Below the pieces are notes generated by a model that searched no databases, was not told the origin of the DNA, and saw only the letters and a program-made list of their open reading frames with translations. From positions 47,228 to 111,227 of the forward strand of contig JBIKUX010000005.1 of the NCBI GenBank assembly GCA_044347345.1: a stretch of 64,000 nucleotides of DNA, given 5' to 3'. Origin of the DNA: Bdellovibrionota bacterium. Its GTDB lineage: Bacteria; Bdellovibrionota_C; UBA2361; JBIKUX01. A program made the position numbers and the translations under genes. The first letter of the stretch is position 1. Each line of letters begins with the position of its first letter. Positions 1 to 10,682 of this stretch are shown here, one piece after another.

Positions 1-1505
1 TTCTCTTCAAAAAGGTCTGGAACTGGTAAAGCAAGCGGTAAAAGCAACCGTTGAGTTGAAGGCTCTTTACCAGTGTCACGATTTGAATTGAACCTAACCA
101 AAAGTCGGTCAAAATTGACTCTCTCATGAGCGGCATGCGCGTCTAAAATAATACATTGATTATTCCATTCACCAACAAAGTAGACACCAAGCACTTGCCC
201 AATAAATCTTATATCTTGATATCTAAAAGTCTCACAAAAAGGCATTGGACTGCTATTACTATCAATCTCTAATTCTGGTATGCTGGTAACTTGGTTTTCT
301 TGTGGATACTTAAATAATCTCGGCATAGAAGAGGGAAAGCTACCAACAATAGAGCTATCAACAACAGAAATCTCTGCCCTATAATAATTACTTTTGCCTA
401 GCTCATCTTGAGAGATAAATCCAACAGAACTATCTCTAAAATTTTCGACTCGCCCTGAATCAACATCTCTCCTCACGATACTAATTGGAGCGCGAAAAGC
501 AGCAAAACCTTCGACCACGGCATCGCGCACAAGAGAGTAAATATCACCGCTGTTAGCAAATCTCACTTCTGCTTTCTGAGGATGAACATTAATATCAAGT
601 AGAGATGCAGGAAGAGTAATACTTAACATTCCAACCGGTAATTCTCGCTCGCGAAGCGCAGTGCCAAACCCCTCTCGCGTTGCTCGCACAATACCAGCAT
701 CACGAATGAGACGGTTGTTTACCAGAATATACAAAGGAGACGCGATGCTTCGTGCATTTGCAGGGTGACCAAGAAGTCCAGTGACAGACAAACAATCCCG
801 ACTAAGAGAGATGGGCACTAAGGTACCGTGTAAAATATGCCTAGCTCTATCAATAATACTTGAGGCAGGAAACACAGAAAATATCTCCTTACCATCATTT
901 GATAAACAAAACCTCACCGATGGTGCCGTAAGTGAGGTTCCAGTCACCCAATTAAGTATTGCAGAAAGCTCGGTTCGCTCACTTTTTAAAAATTTACGTC
1001 GCACGGGGGTATTAAAGAAGAGATGATGCACAGCCACCGAGCTACCAACTTTAGCGGCAGGAACAGAATCTACGGAAATTACCTTTCCACCGTGAATACG
1101 TACGACTGTCCCTTCTTTAGTAACAACGGACTTTACTTCTGGCTCTTTCGTCAGCAAATCGCGAGGAGCAGTAATAAGCTCTACCCTACTTACCGATGCA
1201 ATTGCCGCCAAAGCCTCTCCTCTAAAGCCTCGGGTAGATAATAGGAGCAGATCATCAAATTCAGCTATCTTCGATGTAGCATGACGCTCAAATGCAAGAA
1301 CTGCATCATTACGATCCATGCCTATTCCGTCATCTATCACGCGAACTAAGCGAGTGCCTCCCCCTTCTAATGAGATTAAGACTGTGCTACTGGATGCATC
1401 TAAGGAATTATCAACTAATTCTCGAACAATCGAGACCGGGCGTTCTACAACTTCACCTGCTGCAATCTGAGAAGCTACAATATCGGAGAGAACACGCACT
1501 GGCAT
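1..1505 (-). CDS. mutL: DNA mismatch repair protein MutL (3' end outside window)
   Basis: Not in ORF track. Manual minus-strand translation from ATG 1505 gives MPVRVLSDIVASQIAAGEVVERPVSIVRELVDNSLDA...DDGIGM...RHATSKI...GFRGEAL. The in-frame endonuclease-like motif DAHAAHERVNFD lies at 108-143. Confidence 0.95.
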   Translation of the reverse strand, partial: MPVRVLSDIVASQIAAGEVVERPVSIVRELVDNSLDASSSTVLISLEGGGTRLVRVIDDGIGMDRNDAVLAFERHATSKIAEFDDLLLLSTRGFRGEALAAIASVSRVELITAPRDLLTKEPEVKSVVTKEGTVVRIHGGKVISVDSVPAAKVGSSVAVHHLFFNTPVRRKFLKSERTELSAILNWVTGTSLTAPSVRFCLSNDGKEIFSVFPASSIIDRARHILHGTLVPISLSRDCLSVTGLLGHPANARSIASPLYILVNNRLIRDAGIVRATREGFGTALRERELPVGMLSITLPASLLDINVHPQKAEVRFANSGDIYSLVRDAVVEGFAAFRAPISIVRRDVDSGRVENFRDSSVGFISQDELGKSNYYRAEISVVDSSIVGSFPSSMPRLFKYPQENQVTSIPELEIDSNSSPMPFCETFRYQDIRFIGQVLGVYFVGEWNNQCIILDAHAAHERVNFDRLLVRFNSNRDTGKEPSTQRLLLPLALPVPDLFEE

Positions 1506-1535
1506 TGATTGATTCCCTGACTAAGAAAGAGGTGA

Positions 1536-2690
1536 CTACTCAAATTTAGGCATAACCCGCACTTCTCGAGTAGAACCCCGCTGACCACCACGCTTTAAAG
1601 TAAGAGAAATAGACTCACCTCGTGGTGTTTTTAGCACCTGTTCCTCAATCTCCTCTTTGGTTCTAACTATCACTCCATTCACTGCGACAACAAGATCGGC
1701 ATTCTTAAAATCATGCACTACTCCGCGCATAAAAGCCCCACCCACTCGTCTCTCAATAGCACTAATTCCATTAGTGTCAGCCGGCCCACCCTCTAAAACT
1801 CGAAGCACCATTGGACCTTGATTTGTATCAACAAGCACCCAACCAAGGTCTGCTACTCGCACTTTACCAAATTGGATTAGTTCAGGAAGAATGCGCTTGA
1901 TTTCATTAATCGGTATCGCAAATCCTATTCCCGCGGAATCACCTGATTGGCTCAAAATAGCCGTGTTTATCCCAATTAGCGTGCCAGTGATATCAAGGAG
2001 AGGGCCACCAGAGTTACCCGGATTGATGGCTGCATCGGTCTGAATTAAGCCCCTAAGAAGAGCTCCCGTCGGACTGCGAACAGAGCGTTCCAGACTAGAA
2101 ACAATACCGGTAGTTAGTGTGTGATGCAGACCAAATGGATTACCGATTGCAAGCACTCTCTGTCCAACTACTAAACTATTGGAATCACCAAGAGCCACTC
2201 CCACCAAATCCTTTGGGATATTAATTAAACGAAGCACTGCAATATCACCGGACCGGTCGTACCCTACAATCTCGGCTGGATAGTTTTTACCATTGGCGAG
2301 AGTCACTTCTATTCGCTGAGCTTCACCGACAACATGAAGGTTTGTCAGAATAATACCGCGACGCGGATCAACAATTACTCCCGAACCCGTACCTTGCCTT
2401 GGGCGAACATCGAGAAAAATATCGAAGGGATCAATGGCAAGACTTATAGTGGTTATAAATACTACCGATTCTTTTACCTTGCGATATACTCCAATGGTTC
2501 TTATTTCTTCCTCACTTCGATAAGGACCCTCAACCTCTCTAGCGACAGCCGGTCTAATAGAAGAAGACGACAAGAAAATGCCGAAGCATGTACCCACTAA
2601 AACAGAAATAAGTACTAACAGGATTCTAGCTCTAACTGGCCTGTATTCTGAACTAAAGATACTTATATTTTTTCTTAAGAGTGTCTTCAC
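1536..2690 (-). CDS. HtrA/DegP-family serine protease with one PDZ domain
   Basis: N-terminal TM, TNLHVV, DIAVL, TDAAINPGNSGGPL catalytic motifs, C-terminal PDZ-like region. Confidence 0.93.
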   Translation of the reverse strand: MKTLLRKNISIFSSEYRPVRARILLVLISVLVGTCFGIFLSSSSIRPAVAREVEGPYRSEEEIRTIGVYRKVKESVVFITTISLAIDPFDIFLDVRPRQGTGSGVIVDPRRGIILTNLHVVGEAQRIEVTLANGKNYPAEIVGYDRSGDIAVLRLINIPKDLVGVALGDSNSLVVGQRVLAIGNPFGLHHTLTTGIVSSLERSVRSPTGALLRGLIQTDAAINPGNSGGPLLDITGTLIGINTAILSQSGDSAGIGFAIPINEIKRILPELIQFGKVRVADLGWVLVDTNQGPMVLRVLEGGPADTNGISAIERRVGGAFMRGVVHDFKNADLVVAVNGVIVRTKEEIEEQVLKTPRGESISLTLKRGGQRGSTREVRVMPKFE

Positions 2691-2748
2691 GTTATAACCA
2701 CTAAGAAATTTTCATAACTACTGGGAAATTGTCCAATAAAATTACCAA

Positions 2749-5049
2749 CTATTCGCGATCAAGATTAAGTGTACTCATAAAATGAGTGACTCTTTCAACT
2801 TTAGTAACTCCAGATACTTGCTCTATAGCTCGCCGCACTCGCGATAGTTGCCCAGCATCCTTAATATGCAACTCAAAAGTCACTGTAGCTTTACCTATAT
2901 TTGACGTCTTACAAGAACAACCAGATATATTCGCGCCTTGGGATGTTATGGCACTACTTAGGCCAGCCAAGAGCCCAAGCATATCTTGAGCATGTACGGT
3001 GAGCCTAACCTTTCTAAGCGCATCAACTTCTTGCTCCCATGTCACCTCAACAAGTCGTAAAGGATCTGACTGATGCACCTGCATACAATCAGCATTATGC
3101 ACGGTTACTCCCCTCCCCCGTGTTATAAAGCCTACAATTCTATCTCCTGGAAGAGGCTCACAACATCGAGCAAATCTTACAATAACATCTTCAACACCAC
3201 TGACTCTGACTCCAACTCGTTTTCGACTAGTGCGCGCCGCTCGTTGAAAAATTCGCTCAAGAGGTGAAACATCCGACACAAGAGGCGCCGTGATGGGCGA
3301 GCCATCCGGCAAAAATCGAGCCAGAACTTTTGATGGAGTAAGCTTGCCGTAACCAAGCTCTGCATACAAATCATCTTCAGATTTTAATCCTAGCTCTTTT
3401 GCTACCTCTAAAACCTTACCACTCTTTTCAAGTTTTCTAAGGCTGAGCTTAAGCTTACGCATATCTTTAGTTAAAAGCTCTAAACCCAAAGCTAAAGAAC
3501 TCGTTCTTTCTTGATGTTTTAAAAAAGCTCGGATCCGTTGCTTAGCTTTTGAGGACTGAACAAATCTTAACCAATCTTTACTTGGTATATGCTGCTTAGA
3601 TGTTAAGATTTCTACCGTATCACCATTTTGAAGTTGATAATCAAGTGGAACGATCTGACCATTTGCTTTAGCACCAATGGTTCTATGCCCTACATCAGTG
3701 TGTACAGCATAAGCAAAATCAATCGGAGTTGCGTTGTAAGGTAAACGAAAAAGGTCTCCCTTTGGTGTAAAAACAAAAACTTCCTCAGGGAATAATTCAC
3801 TCTTTACCGATTGGATAAATTCATCTGGATTTTTAAGATAAGCTTGACTTTCTACGAGGTCTTTAACCCATCTTAAATCAAACTCACCCTCAGTTATAGA
3901 TTCTCCACGCTCTTTATATCGCCAATGTGCGGCTATACCATCTTCTGCAACCCTATGCATTTCAGGTGTGCGAATTTGTATCTCAACCCTATGACCTTCA
4001 GGCCCTATTACGGTAGTATGTAGCGACTGATACATATTTGGCTTAGGCATTGCGATGTAATCTTTGAATCTACCGGGAACAGGGCGCCAAGAAGCATGAA
4101 TTATCCCCAGCGTTTCGTAACAAGCTCGCACTGTCGGCACAATGATACGGAAACCAAGAAGATCATGAATTTCATTAAAGGCGAGGTTTTGCCTCTCCAT
4201 TTTTTGCCAAACAGAGTATGCATGCTTGACACGCCCCGTTACAGAAGCTGTAATTCCGCTGTTTTCTAGAAAACTTGAGATCTTTTCTCCAGTTTGCTTG
4301 ATGTATTGCTCACGCTCTGGAGCAGTTCGGTCAAACTCAGCGTTAATTGAGCTAAATAATTCAGGGCGAATATGAAGAAAACAAAGGTCCTCAAGCTCAG
4401 ACTTTAACCAGTGAATACCTAGTCTGTTCGCTATCGGAGCGTAAATATCTTTAGTTTCATTTGCTATGCGTAATCTTTTTTCGGGAGCGAGCTCTCCTAA
4501 AGTTCGCATATTATGTAAACGATCGCATAATTTTACCAGCACAACGCGAATGTCTTTCGCCATTGCTATGAGCATTTTTCGGAAACTTTCAGCTTGCTTT
4601 ACTTCACGCGAAGAGAATTCAATTCTGGTGAGTTTAGTAACACCATCAACTATATGAGCAACATCCTCACCAAACCTTGATGCAATATCCTCTCGAGTAA
4701 CACCCGTATCCTCTATAGTATCATGAAGCAATGCAGCTATAACTGAAGCTGCATCTAATTTTAAGCTACAAACTAGCAGCGTTGTCTCCTCAACATGATT
4801 AAAAAAAGGCTCACCAGAAACTCGGCGTTGCGGCGAGTGAGCAGCCTTTGCAAAACCATAAGCCTCAATTACATGAGGAAGGTCTGGATCTGGATAATAT
4901 TTTTTTAAAGCCTCACAAATCTGCCCCAACTTTCCGCAATCTGCAGAAGAAACTTCAGAAATAACCGTCTCAACGGAACCTAGCTTTTGAAGCTTATAGG
5001 CTCGATTGGCTGGACTAATAAAGCTACGGCTACCCTTATCTTTACTCAC
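2749..5049 (-). CDS. spoT: Bifunctional (p)ppGpp synthetase/hydrolase (long RSH, Rel/SpoT)
   Basis: Intact hydrolase motifs LLHDTIEDT and VKLCDRLHN; synthetase motifs RFKDY, YQSLHT, EIQIRT; TGS, CC and ACT regions; follows rpoZ. Confidence 0.95.
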   Translation of the reverse strand: MSKDKGSRSFISPANRAYKLQKLGSVETVISEVSSADCGKLGQICEALKKYYPDPDLPHVIEAYGFAKAAHSPQRRVSGEPFFNHVEETTLLVCSLKLDAASVIAALLHDTIEDTGVTREDIASRFGEDVAHIVDGVTKLTRIEFSSREVKQAESFRKMLIAMAKDIRVVLVKLCDRLHNMRTLGELAPEKRLRIANETKDIYAPIANRLGIHWLKSELEDLCFLHIRPELFSSINAEFDRTAPEREQYIKQTGEKISSFLENSGITASVTGRVKHAYSVWQKMERQNLAFNEIHDLLGFRIIVPTVRACYETLGIIHASWRPVPGRFKDYIAMPKPNMYQSLHTTVIGPEGHRVEIQIRTPEMHRVAEDGIAAHWRYKERGESITEGEFDLRWVKDLVESQAYLKNPDEFIQSVKSELFPEEVFVFTPKGDLFRLPYNATPIDFAYAVHTDVGHRTIGAKANGQIVPLDYQLQNGDTVEILTSKQHIPSKDWLRFVQSSKAKQRIRAFLKHQERTSSLALGLELLTKDMRKLKLSLRKLEKSGKVLEVAKELGLKSEDDLYAELGYGKLTPSKVLARFLPDGSPITAPLVSDVSPLERIFQRAARTSRKRVGVRVSGVEDVIVRFARCCEPLPGDRIVGFITRGRGVTVHNADCMQVHQSDPLRLVEVTWEQEVDALRKVRLTVHAQDMLGLLAGLSSAITSQGANISGCSCKTSNIGKATVTFELHIKDAGQLSRVRRAIEQVSGVTKVERVTHFMSTLNLDRE

Positions 5050-5104
5050 CTGAATCTACTCATGGCCAAGTTAATGGCTCGGTTACTCCTCGAAAAAACT
5101 TTTT

Positions 5105-5527
5105 TTAAGCAGCGTTTGGACTAAGTGGCTCAGATAACTCATCTTGAGCTAAGTTATCTCGGGCAACAGAGCTAGACTGCTCTGTAGTGCTCAGTGTTTT
5201 CCCATCAGTCGTTTTCCCGTCAGCGCGAGGATCTACTGAACCTCCACTAACACTCCCTAGTAAAGCATTTGCTCGGTCTGCTAGAGCTTCTTTTTGTTTT
5301 AACGCAGCATCTTCGCTCCTCTTGCGAAGCTCTTCATGAGACATGAGATACACCAAACCATCTGCAATTTCTCTTAGAGACACAACAACAGCTTTGTTCC
5401 CTCTCGCATCAGGGATAAGCACCTTTCCGCCGTGGAGCAACTGTTTGGTACGCTTTGCTGCTAATTGTACAAGAGCAAAACGATTTCTCTCATGAGCTAG
5501 ACAATCTTCAACGGTAATTCGCGCCAT
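5105..5527 (-). CDS. rpoZ: RNA polymerase omega subunit with C-terminal extension
   Basis: [10 protein letters not shown]...[16 protein letters not shown]...SLREIADG. Confidence 0.95.
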   Translation of the reverse strand: MARITVEDCLAHERNRFALVQLAAKRTKQLLHGGKVLIPDARGNKAVVVSLREIADGLVYLMSHEELRKRSEDAALKQKEALADRANALLGSVSGGSVDPRADGKTTDGKTLSTTEQSSSVARDNLAQDELSEPLSPNAA

Positions 5528-5694
5528 ATCTATCCAACAAAGTAATAATAGAAGTCATACCAGATTAGCAAGTATCTAACATTTTCGAAAGCCTTTAGTA
5601 CCTTAAAAGATTGAGAGGGTTTTTCCACCATTTATTTTTGGCAATTATATTAAACAGAAGCTCTAGGGAAACTAATTAAAAACGATAGCTAATT

Positions 5695-7629
5695 TTAATC
5701 GCGCGTAGCGTCTTGGCGCTTGATAAAGCCCGGACGGCCATTCTTTGAGGCAAGCTTTAGCCACTCCCCGTTAAGTCTCTCTACTCTCACTTTATCCCCG
5801 CGCCTCAAAATAGCCACAGGTGCTCCAAACGGTGAGGGCTTAGACATAACTTCAGTCGAGGTGAGGATGCGATAAAATCCAGCAGTAGTACCGGTTTTTA
5901 TCTCTGCTCTGTCAACAGTATCACTGTCACTGGTGTCATTAGACTCATTTCTAGCTAAAGGAAGGCGAATTTCCGGCGATTGATGCTCTGAACGAGCCAC
6001 TAACCGAGAAGTATTCTCTCGCCGGTTTATATAAGCGGTTGGAAAACTGCGAGGAGTTACTTTTTTAGTAGCTTTAAGCCCATCCGGTTCAATTGGTCCG
6101 TCAGTTCTAACCTTTTCCTTAATTTTACTTGCCTGCTGAGACTGCTGTAATGGGGTGCTGGTGCTCACCGTAGCTTCTGGAGGAGCAGAACCAGTCGGTA
6201 TCGCTTGAGCAACCAATGTTGAATTTACAGGGGCAAGATTAGAGTTACTTACAGTATTTTCTCCGCTGGTGTCAGAACTGCTTACAGGATTAACCTCAGA
6301 GTCGTTTGATGCTAAATTTTCTTGAGGTTTATTCCTATCCTCAGCTACCTCGTAGTAGACCAAATCAAGTGCCGTATCAAATGAGGCTCTCTTTACGTTA
6401 GGAAGAGCTAATTTAGGATTATCTGGCACAAAAACAGTTGCGATAGAAGGAGAAGCCTCAGTTGTGACCGTAAGCCTCTGCAACCACCACCAAATTCCAA
6501 TAAAACCGAGAAGCGTTGGTATAGCAAAAAATAGAAGCTTGCCTAATCCTCCTCCCTCAACGCTTCGTCCTCCTACGCCCCTTTCCGTCACTTCACTTCT
6601 TCTAGTTGAGCCGTATTGAATAGCTGGTGTCAATGGACGCCAACTGGCAGCAAGTCTCGCTTGTGTATCATCTTCATGTGCATCCTCAACAGTCGGAGGT
6701 AAAATATTTGTGCTTGGCTCTGCAACCAGTTGAGCTGCGACCGGTTGAGCTGCGACCGGTTGAAACTGGACATCATCGCCAATAATTTTGAGTTTTTGAA
6801 GTACATCAAACAAATAACTTGGTATTTCATTTTGTGACACAAAACCGCTCAATTTTGCGCTAAGAGCAACAAGATTAGAGGGATTTGGCTCTGGTGCTCT
6901 GCTTTGATCTTTGGTTAAAAGATCGGCAACCTCCTTGAGAGAGGCAATAACAATTCGTAATACTAGTTCTTCTCGAGGAGTAGGACTTATCTCCCCTTTT
7001 TTAAGGTAAAAATCCTCCGAAGAGAGAGTTTCAGTATCGGGAGCTATAGATGGATCTAAAAGAGCGTTATTATGAAGATGGTCTGTTTCAAAATTATCAC
7101 ATAAGGATTTTATTAAATCCTCAGATAGTGACTCCAGTGGCCCTGCTAAGATTGAAATTGGGACACCATTGGTTAGAAGCTGCGCCCTAATCCACCAACA
7201 GCGAGCCTCTTGATTCAGACTAAGAATCTTAAGTCCGGTATTACCGTCAGGTAGCTCTTCACTTAAAGTTACACTCTGAGCTTCAATTTGACTTGAAGTT
7301 TGTGCGTCATCTTTTAATTCTGGTAAGCTGGTGGGTCTTGGCTCCGGGGCACTACTAAGACTACTTGGCACTTCTTTAATTGCCATCTCACACCAAGTGA
7401 TTAGGGAAGACCAATCCTTTCTTATGGCAAATTCAGCTGGTGAGCCAAGGATAATATTGCTAAGTGTATTATTATTAAATGCCTTAGCTGGATTTGATTC
7501 GTTAGCTTGGGGATGGTTATCAATATCAGAACCATTTGGGATAGAACCAACCCTAATAAGTTCCTCCAAACCTAAGTCAACCCTACCTCTGTCCTCGTCC
7601 CTACCTCTGTCCTCATCGCCATCTATCAT
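5695..7629 (-). CDS. Hypothetical bitopic membrane protein with disordered linker and C-terminal SH3b-like domain
   Basis: Single TM (LLFFAIPTLLGFIGIWWWL); C-terminus VAILRRGDKVRVERLNGEWLKL...GFI resembles bacterial SH3. Confidence 0.65.
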   Translation of the reverse strand: MIDGDEDRGRDEDRGRVDLGLEELIRVGSIPNGSDIDNHPQANESNPAKAFNNNTLSNIILGSPAEFAIRKDWSSLITWCEMAIKEVPSSLSSAPEPRPTSLPELKDDAQTSSQIEAQSVTLSEELPDGNTGLKILSLNQEARCWWIRAQLLTNGVPISILAGPLESLSEDLIKSLCDNFETDHLHNNALLDPSIAPDTETLSSEDFYLKKGEISPTPREELVLRIVIASLKEVADLLTKDQSRAPEPNPSNLVALSAKLSGFVSQNEIPSYLFDVLQKLKIIGDDVQFQPVAAQPVAAQLVAEPSTNILPPTVEDAHEDDTQARLAASWRPLTPAIQYGSTRRSEVTERGVGGRSVEGGGLGKLLFFAIPTLLGFIGIWWWLQRLTVTTEASPSIATVFVPDNPKLALPNVKRASFDTALDLVYYEVAEDRNKPQENLASNDSEVNPVSSSDTSGENTVSNSNLAPVNSTLVAQAIPTGSAPPEATVSTSTPLQQSQQASKIKEKVRTDGPIEPDGLKATKKVTPRSFPTAYINRRENTSRLVARSEHQSPEIRLPLARNESNDTSDSDTVDRAEIKTGTTAGFYRILTSTEVMSKPSPFGAPVAILRRGDKVRVERLNGEWLKLASKNGRPGFIKRQDATRD

Positions 7630-7876
7630 GACTCCATTACCTCTTCAGTCTTTATTACCTCTACAGTCTTTTCCTCAATCCCTCTGGTAAGTTTTTTTCA
7701 CAGACTCCCCTTATTTTTTATTTTTATTCTTAAGAGGCGAGTGCTTTCTATAAAAATGGAGGCAATCCCAACAAATTCAAAACGCTTTAAAGAGATTTTT
7801 TACCTTTTGATGTCACCCCAGTTCATCAGCTATACTTTTTTATTTCAAGCAGAATTCATAATAAGTTTATAATATT

Positions 7877-8383
7877 GTGCTTAATAAATATTTTTTCATT
7901 TTAATCATCTGCGCTTTAATCATCTGCGCTACATTCCCAAGCTGTACAACGACTGAGGTCATAAGCAGATTGCCAAACACCAAATCAGATAAATTCGGTA
8001 CCAATAAGTGGCTCACTGCTTATTCATCAAATAAATTTTCTCGGTCTGTTGGGTTTCAATACCTTTTTGGAATAATACCGTTTGGCAAAGTGAATCTCAA
8101 AGACCCTTTAGAAGATATTACAATATCAGTACAAGGATTGGGAGCGTTGCCGGACCCATTAAACACCGAGATAACACTAAATGCTTTTGATCTATTTTTT
8201 ACCCGCTCTCTAAGTTGCAAAATTTCAACCGTTCTAATTTGGAAAAATATTCCAAGGCTCGTGCAAGTAAACACCTCTCACCAAGAATGGAGTGCCTTTG
8301 GATTTTCTCTTGACCTAAGTCGCGCTTGGACCAGATGCTTATGGAATTTGCAAAAAAAAGCTGCTCAAGCCATCAAAAGGTGA
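7877..8383 (+). CDS. Putative lipoprotein
   Basis: Hydrophobic N-terminus ending FPSC (lipobox-like); 168 aa. Confidence 0.55.
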   Translation: MLNKYFFILIICALIICATFPSCTTTEVISRLPNTKSDKFGTNKWLTAYSSNKFSRSVGFQYLFGIIPFGKVNLKDPLEDITISVQGLGALPDPLNTEITLNAFDLFFTRSLSCKISTVLIWKNIPRLVQVNTSHQEWSAFGFSLDLSRAWTRCLWNLQKKAAQAIKR

Positions 8384-8540
8384 ATTTTTCGCTTTGGCTG
8401 CCCTAACGAAATACGACCTCTGATTTCGTAGAATTGCACTCTCTTAGAATTGCGCTTTCTAGGGAGCTTCTTATATCATTGCAAAAGAAACACCAGCTTT
8501 TACATTTGGTTTTCTAACTTTCATTTTTGGGGAATTTCTA

Positions 8541-10568
8541 GTGTCACCATCTTTTAAACTTAATCTTCACATTTGCCACAAATTAAGGCTTGCCCGGCTT
8601 TCTCTCGTGACTACATTCTTCCTCTCGCTAACCATGTCAGTTTTAGCGATTGGAATTTTTAGCTCATGTAAAAAAGCAGATAAAAGCTCCTCAAAAGATG
8701 CCTCAGTTAGTGATCTTAGCTCAAAAAATACATCTACCAATAATGATATAGTCGAAATGTCGGCTTCTAATTTACCGGTGGGCGCGATAGCTATTTTAAT
8801 TACTGATTATACCTCACTTGGTAGCCAAAAATTCTTAAGCAGTCCAAACTACGCCTCGCAAACTAAAGCTTTATCACTAGCTCTAGCTGCAGAATCCTCT
8901 TCAAAAAAAGCTGAAGAGAGTGACAAGGGTAACGAATCTGATAAATCCAAAAACTCCGCTCTCTCGGACGCTATTTTAAAAACTGGTATTTTAGAGTCCC
9001 CTTTTGTGATCGGTCGATCTGATAAGTTTCCAACGATTAAACGTAAAGTCTGGTATGCAATAGCCAAGGAAAAAGGTTCAAAAGATTCATCAACTACTCC
9101 TAACTCCGCTGCATCAAATCTTCCAGAAAAGGATAAGTATCCGGATATCGGAGTGGTAGTATATGGTTTAAGCGAAGACAAAAATAATGGTATAAATTTT
9201 ATCCAAAATCTTATTACCCAATTCAAAGCACGAGAATTGGCAGACAACGGCGTTACGGTAACATCACTTTCAGATGGTTTACCAGATAAGGTAGTTGGAG
9301 CTACAATAAGTCTACCTGCAGAAATACTACTTAAAAACTTACCAACAACTACTGAATGGCAATCACAAGATTCAGAATCTGAGCAAAGTAGTGCTAAAAA
9401 ATCGGAAAAAACCAAGGAGTCCAAAGAAAAGTATATACCAATCACTTTTCTCAGTAACGGAAGTGTACTTGTAGCTGGTACGTCTCTTAAAGCCTCTCTC
9501 CTTCCCTTTTCGTCAAAAACTGTAGTTACAGATGGTAGCAACTTTCCCCTAATAGCCAACAATCAGGCCTATACTGACCTTAAATCGTTGGAAGACGCTC
9601 AAACTAGCTCGACTTATGGTGTGGTATTGATTGAGCCTCTAATCTCGTCAGCGACTCAATTTAAAACTACAACGGACTCTAAAAATACAAAATTTTCGGT
9701 TGCGACTTCTCCAGCTGATACAACCCAAGCTCTTTCTCATCTTACTTTTGTCAGAAGTTACGCCGATAGCTTAACTGACCAAGTTGAGCTTAAATTTAGC
9801 AAATCTCAACCTTTACTTGCCATAGATACACAAGACCGACCGAGCGAGAAGCTCCTAGAAGGTGGTATTATTGGTGTAAGTTTTGGCAAAACTATAGTCA
9901 GCAAGATAGCACCGCTTCTAAGTATAGCCGTACTTACAGGTCAGATTCCGCTCAATAATGAATTAGTAGCTTTAGCTAAAGAGTTAGAATCTTTAACGCT
10001 TTCACTTCACACTGCAAAACAAGATCAGGCAGGATTAATCCCGTCCGTCATAATCTCAGCCAATGTGGCTAAGCCCGCAGAAGCTCATAAGCTTTTAGAG
10101 AAGGGAATAGTCGCATCTTTGAAGCAAGGCGGTTTACCTCTAGCTGCTTCACCCTTTGAAGATATTAAAGTTGGCGACATCTCAGCGCGGTCGCTACAGA
10201 CCCCTTTTGGACTTACCGTTTTATCAGCCAATAATGACAAAGCTATCGTGTTAAGCACTTCCGCTGAGAGCTTAGCATTAGGCTTTTCTAACCAACGCGA
10301 TACTTCACAGACTAAATCGGAGAAAGAATCTTTACCTGCTCATTTAGCTTATAAAATTAACTTCCCAGAGCTTTTATCTACCTTAGAGTCGCTTCAGGGA
10401 GGGCTATCCATGCTAACGGGCGGAGAGGAAGAAGGGATTTTTTCCAAAGACCGTCTAAATCAACTTAAATCATTAAAAAGTATCGGTTCTCTTGAGGGAT
10501 TCATATCAAGCAGCGATTCAAGTATTCGTGTTACGCAATTATATTCTACATCAACAACTACACCTTAA
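8541..10568 (+). CDS. Putative large lipoprotein, unknown function
   Basis: Hydrophobic stretch ending IFSSC followed by Ser/Lys-rich linker; 675-aa open frame. Confidence 0.65.
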   Translation: MSPSFKLNLHICHKLRLARLSLVTTFFLSLTMSVLAIGIFSSCKKADKSSSKDASVSDLSSKNTSTNNDIVEMSASNLPVGAIAILITDYTSLGSQKFLSSPNYASQTKALSLALAAESSSKKAEESDKGNESDKSKNSALSDAILKTGILESPFVIGRSDKFPTIKRKVWYAIAKEKGSKDSSTTPNSAASNLPEKDKYPDIGVVVYGLSEDKNNGINFIQNLITQFKARELADNGVTVTSLSDGLPDKVVGATISLPAEILLKNLPTTTEWQSQDSESEQSSAKKSEKTKESKEKYIPITFLSNGSVLVAGTSLKASLLPFSSKTVVTDGSNFPLIANNQAYTDLKSLEDAQTSSTYGVVLIEPLISSATQFKTTTDSKNTKFSVATSPADTTQALSHLTFVRSYADSLTDQVELKFSKSQPLLAIDTQDRPSEKLLEGGIIGVSFGKTIVSKIAPLLSIAVLTGQIPLNNELVALAKELESLTLSLHTAKQDQAGLIPSVIISANVAKPAEAHKLLEKGIVASLKQGGLPLAASPFEDIKVGDISARSLQTPFGLTVLSANNDKAIVLSTSAESLALGFSNQRDTSQTKSEKESLPAHLAYKINFPELLSTLESLQGGLSMLTGGEEEGIFSKDRLNQLKSLKSIGSLEGFISSSDSSIRVTQLYSTSTTTP

Positions 10569-10682
10569 CTGGTGGCTATGGTTACGGTAGTTAGGTTTGT
10601 GGCTAACTCACTGACATAACTCAGTGACGATGAAACGAATCTGAGATACAGCTCAGTACATCCTTACAGGTACCTCGTAATT

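Noticed and set aside
1-1505. MutL defect as the cause of the micro-duplications
   Set aside because: MutL motifs look intact in the parts I translated, and MutS/MutL repair acts on loops of only a few nucleotides, not 15-18 nt.
781-1549. Short plus-strand ORFs here and other antisense ORFs in the track (e.g. 8849-9562, 29323-29757)
   Set aside because: Shadow frames of well-supported genes on the opposite strand, with no recognisable motifs.
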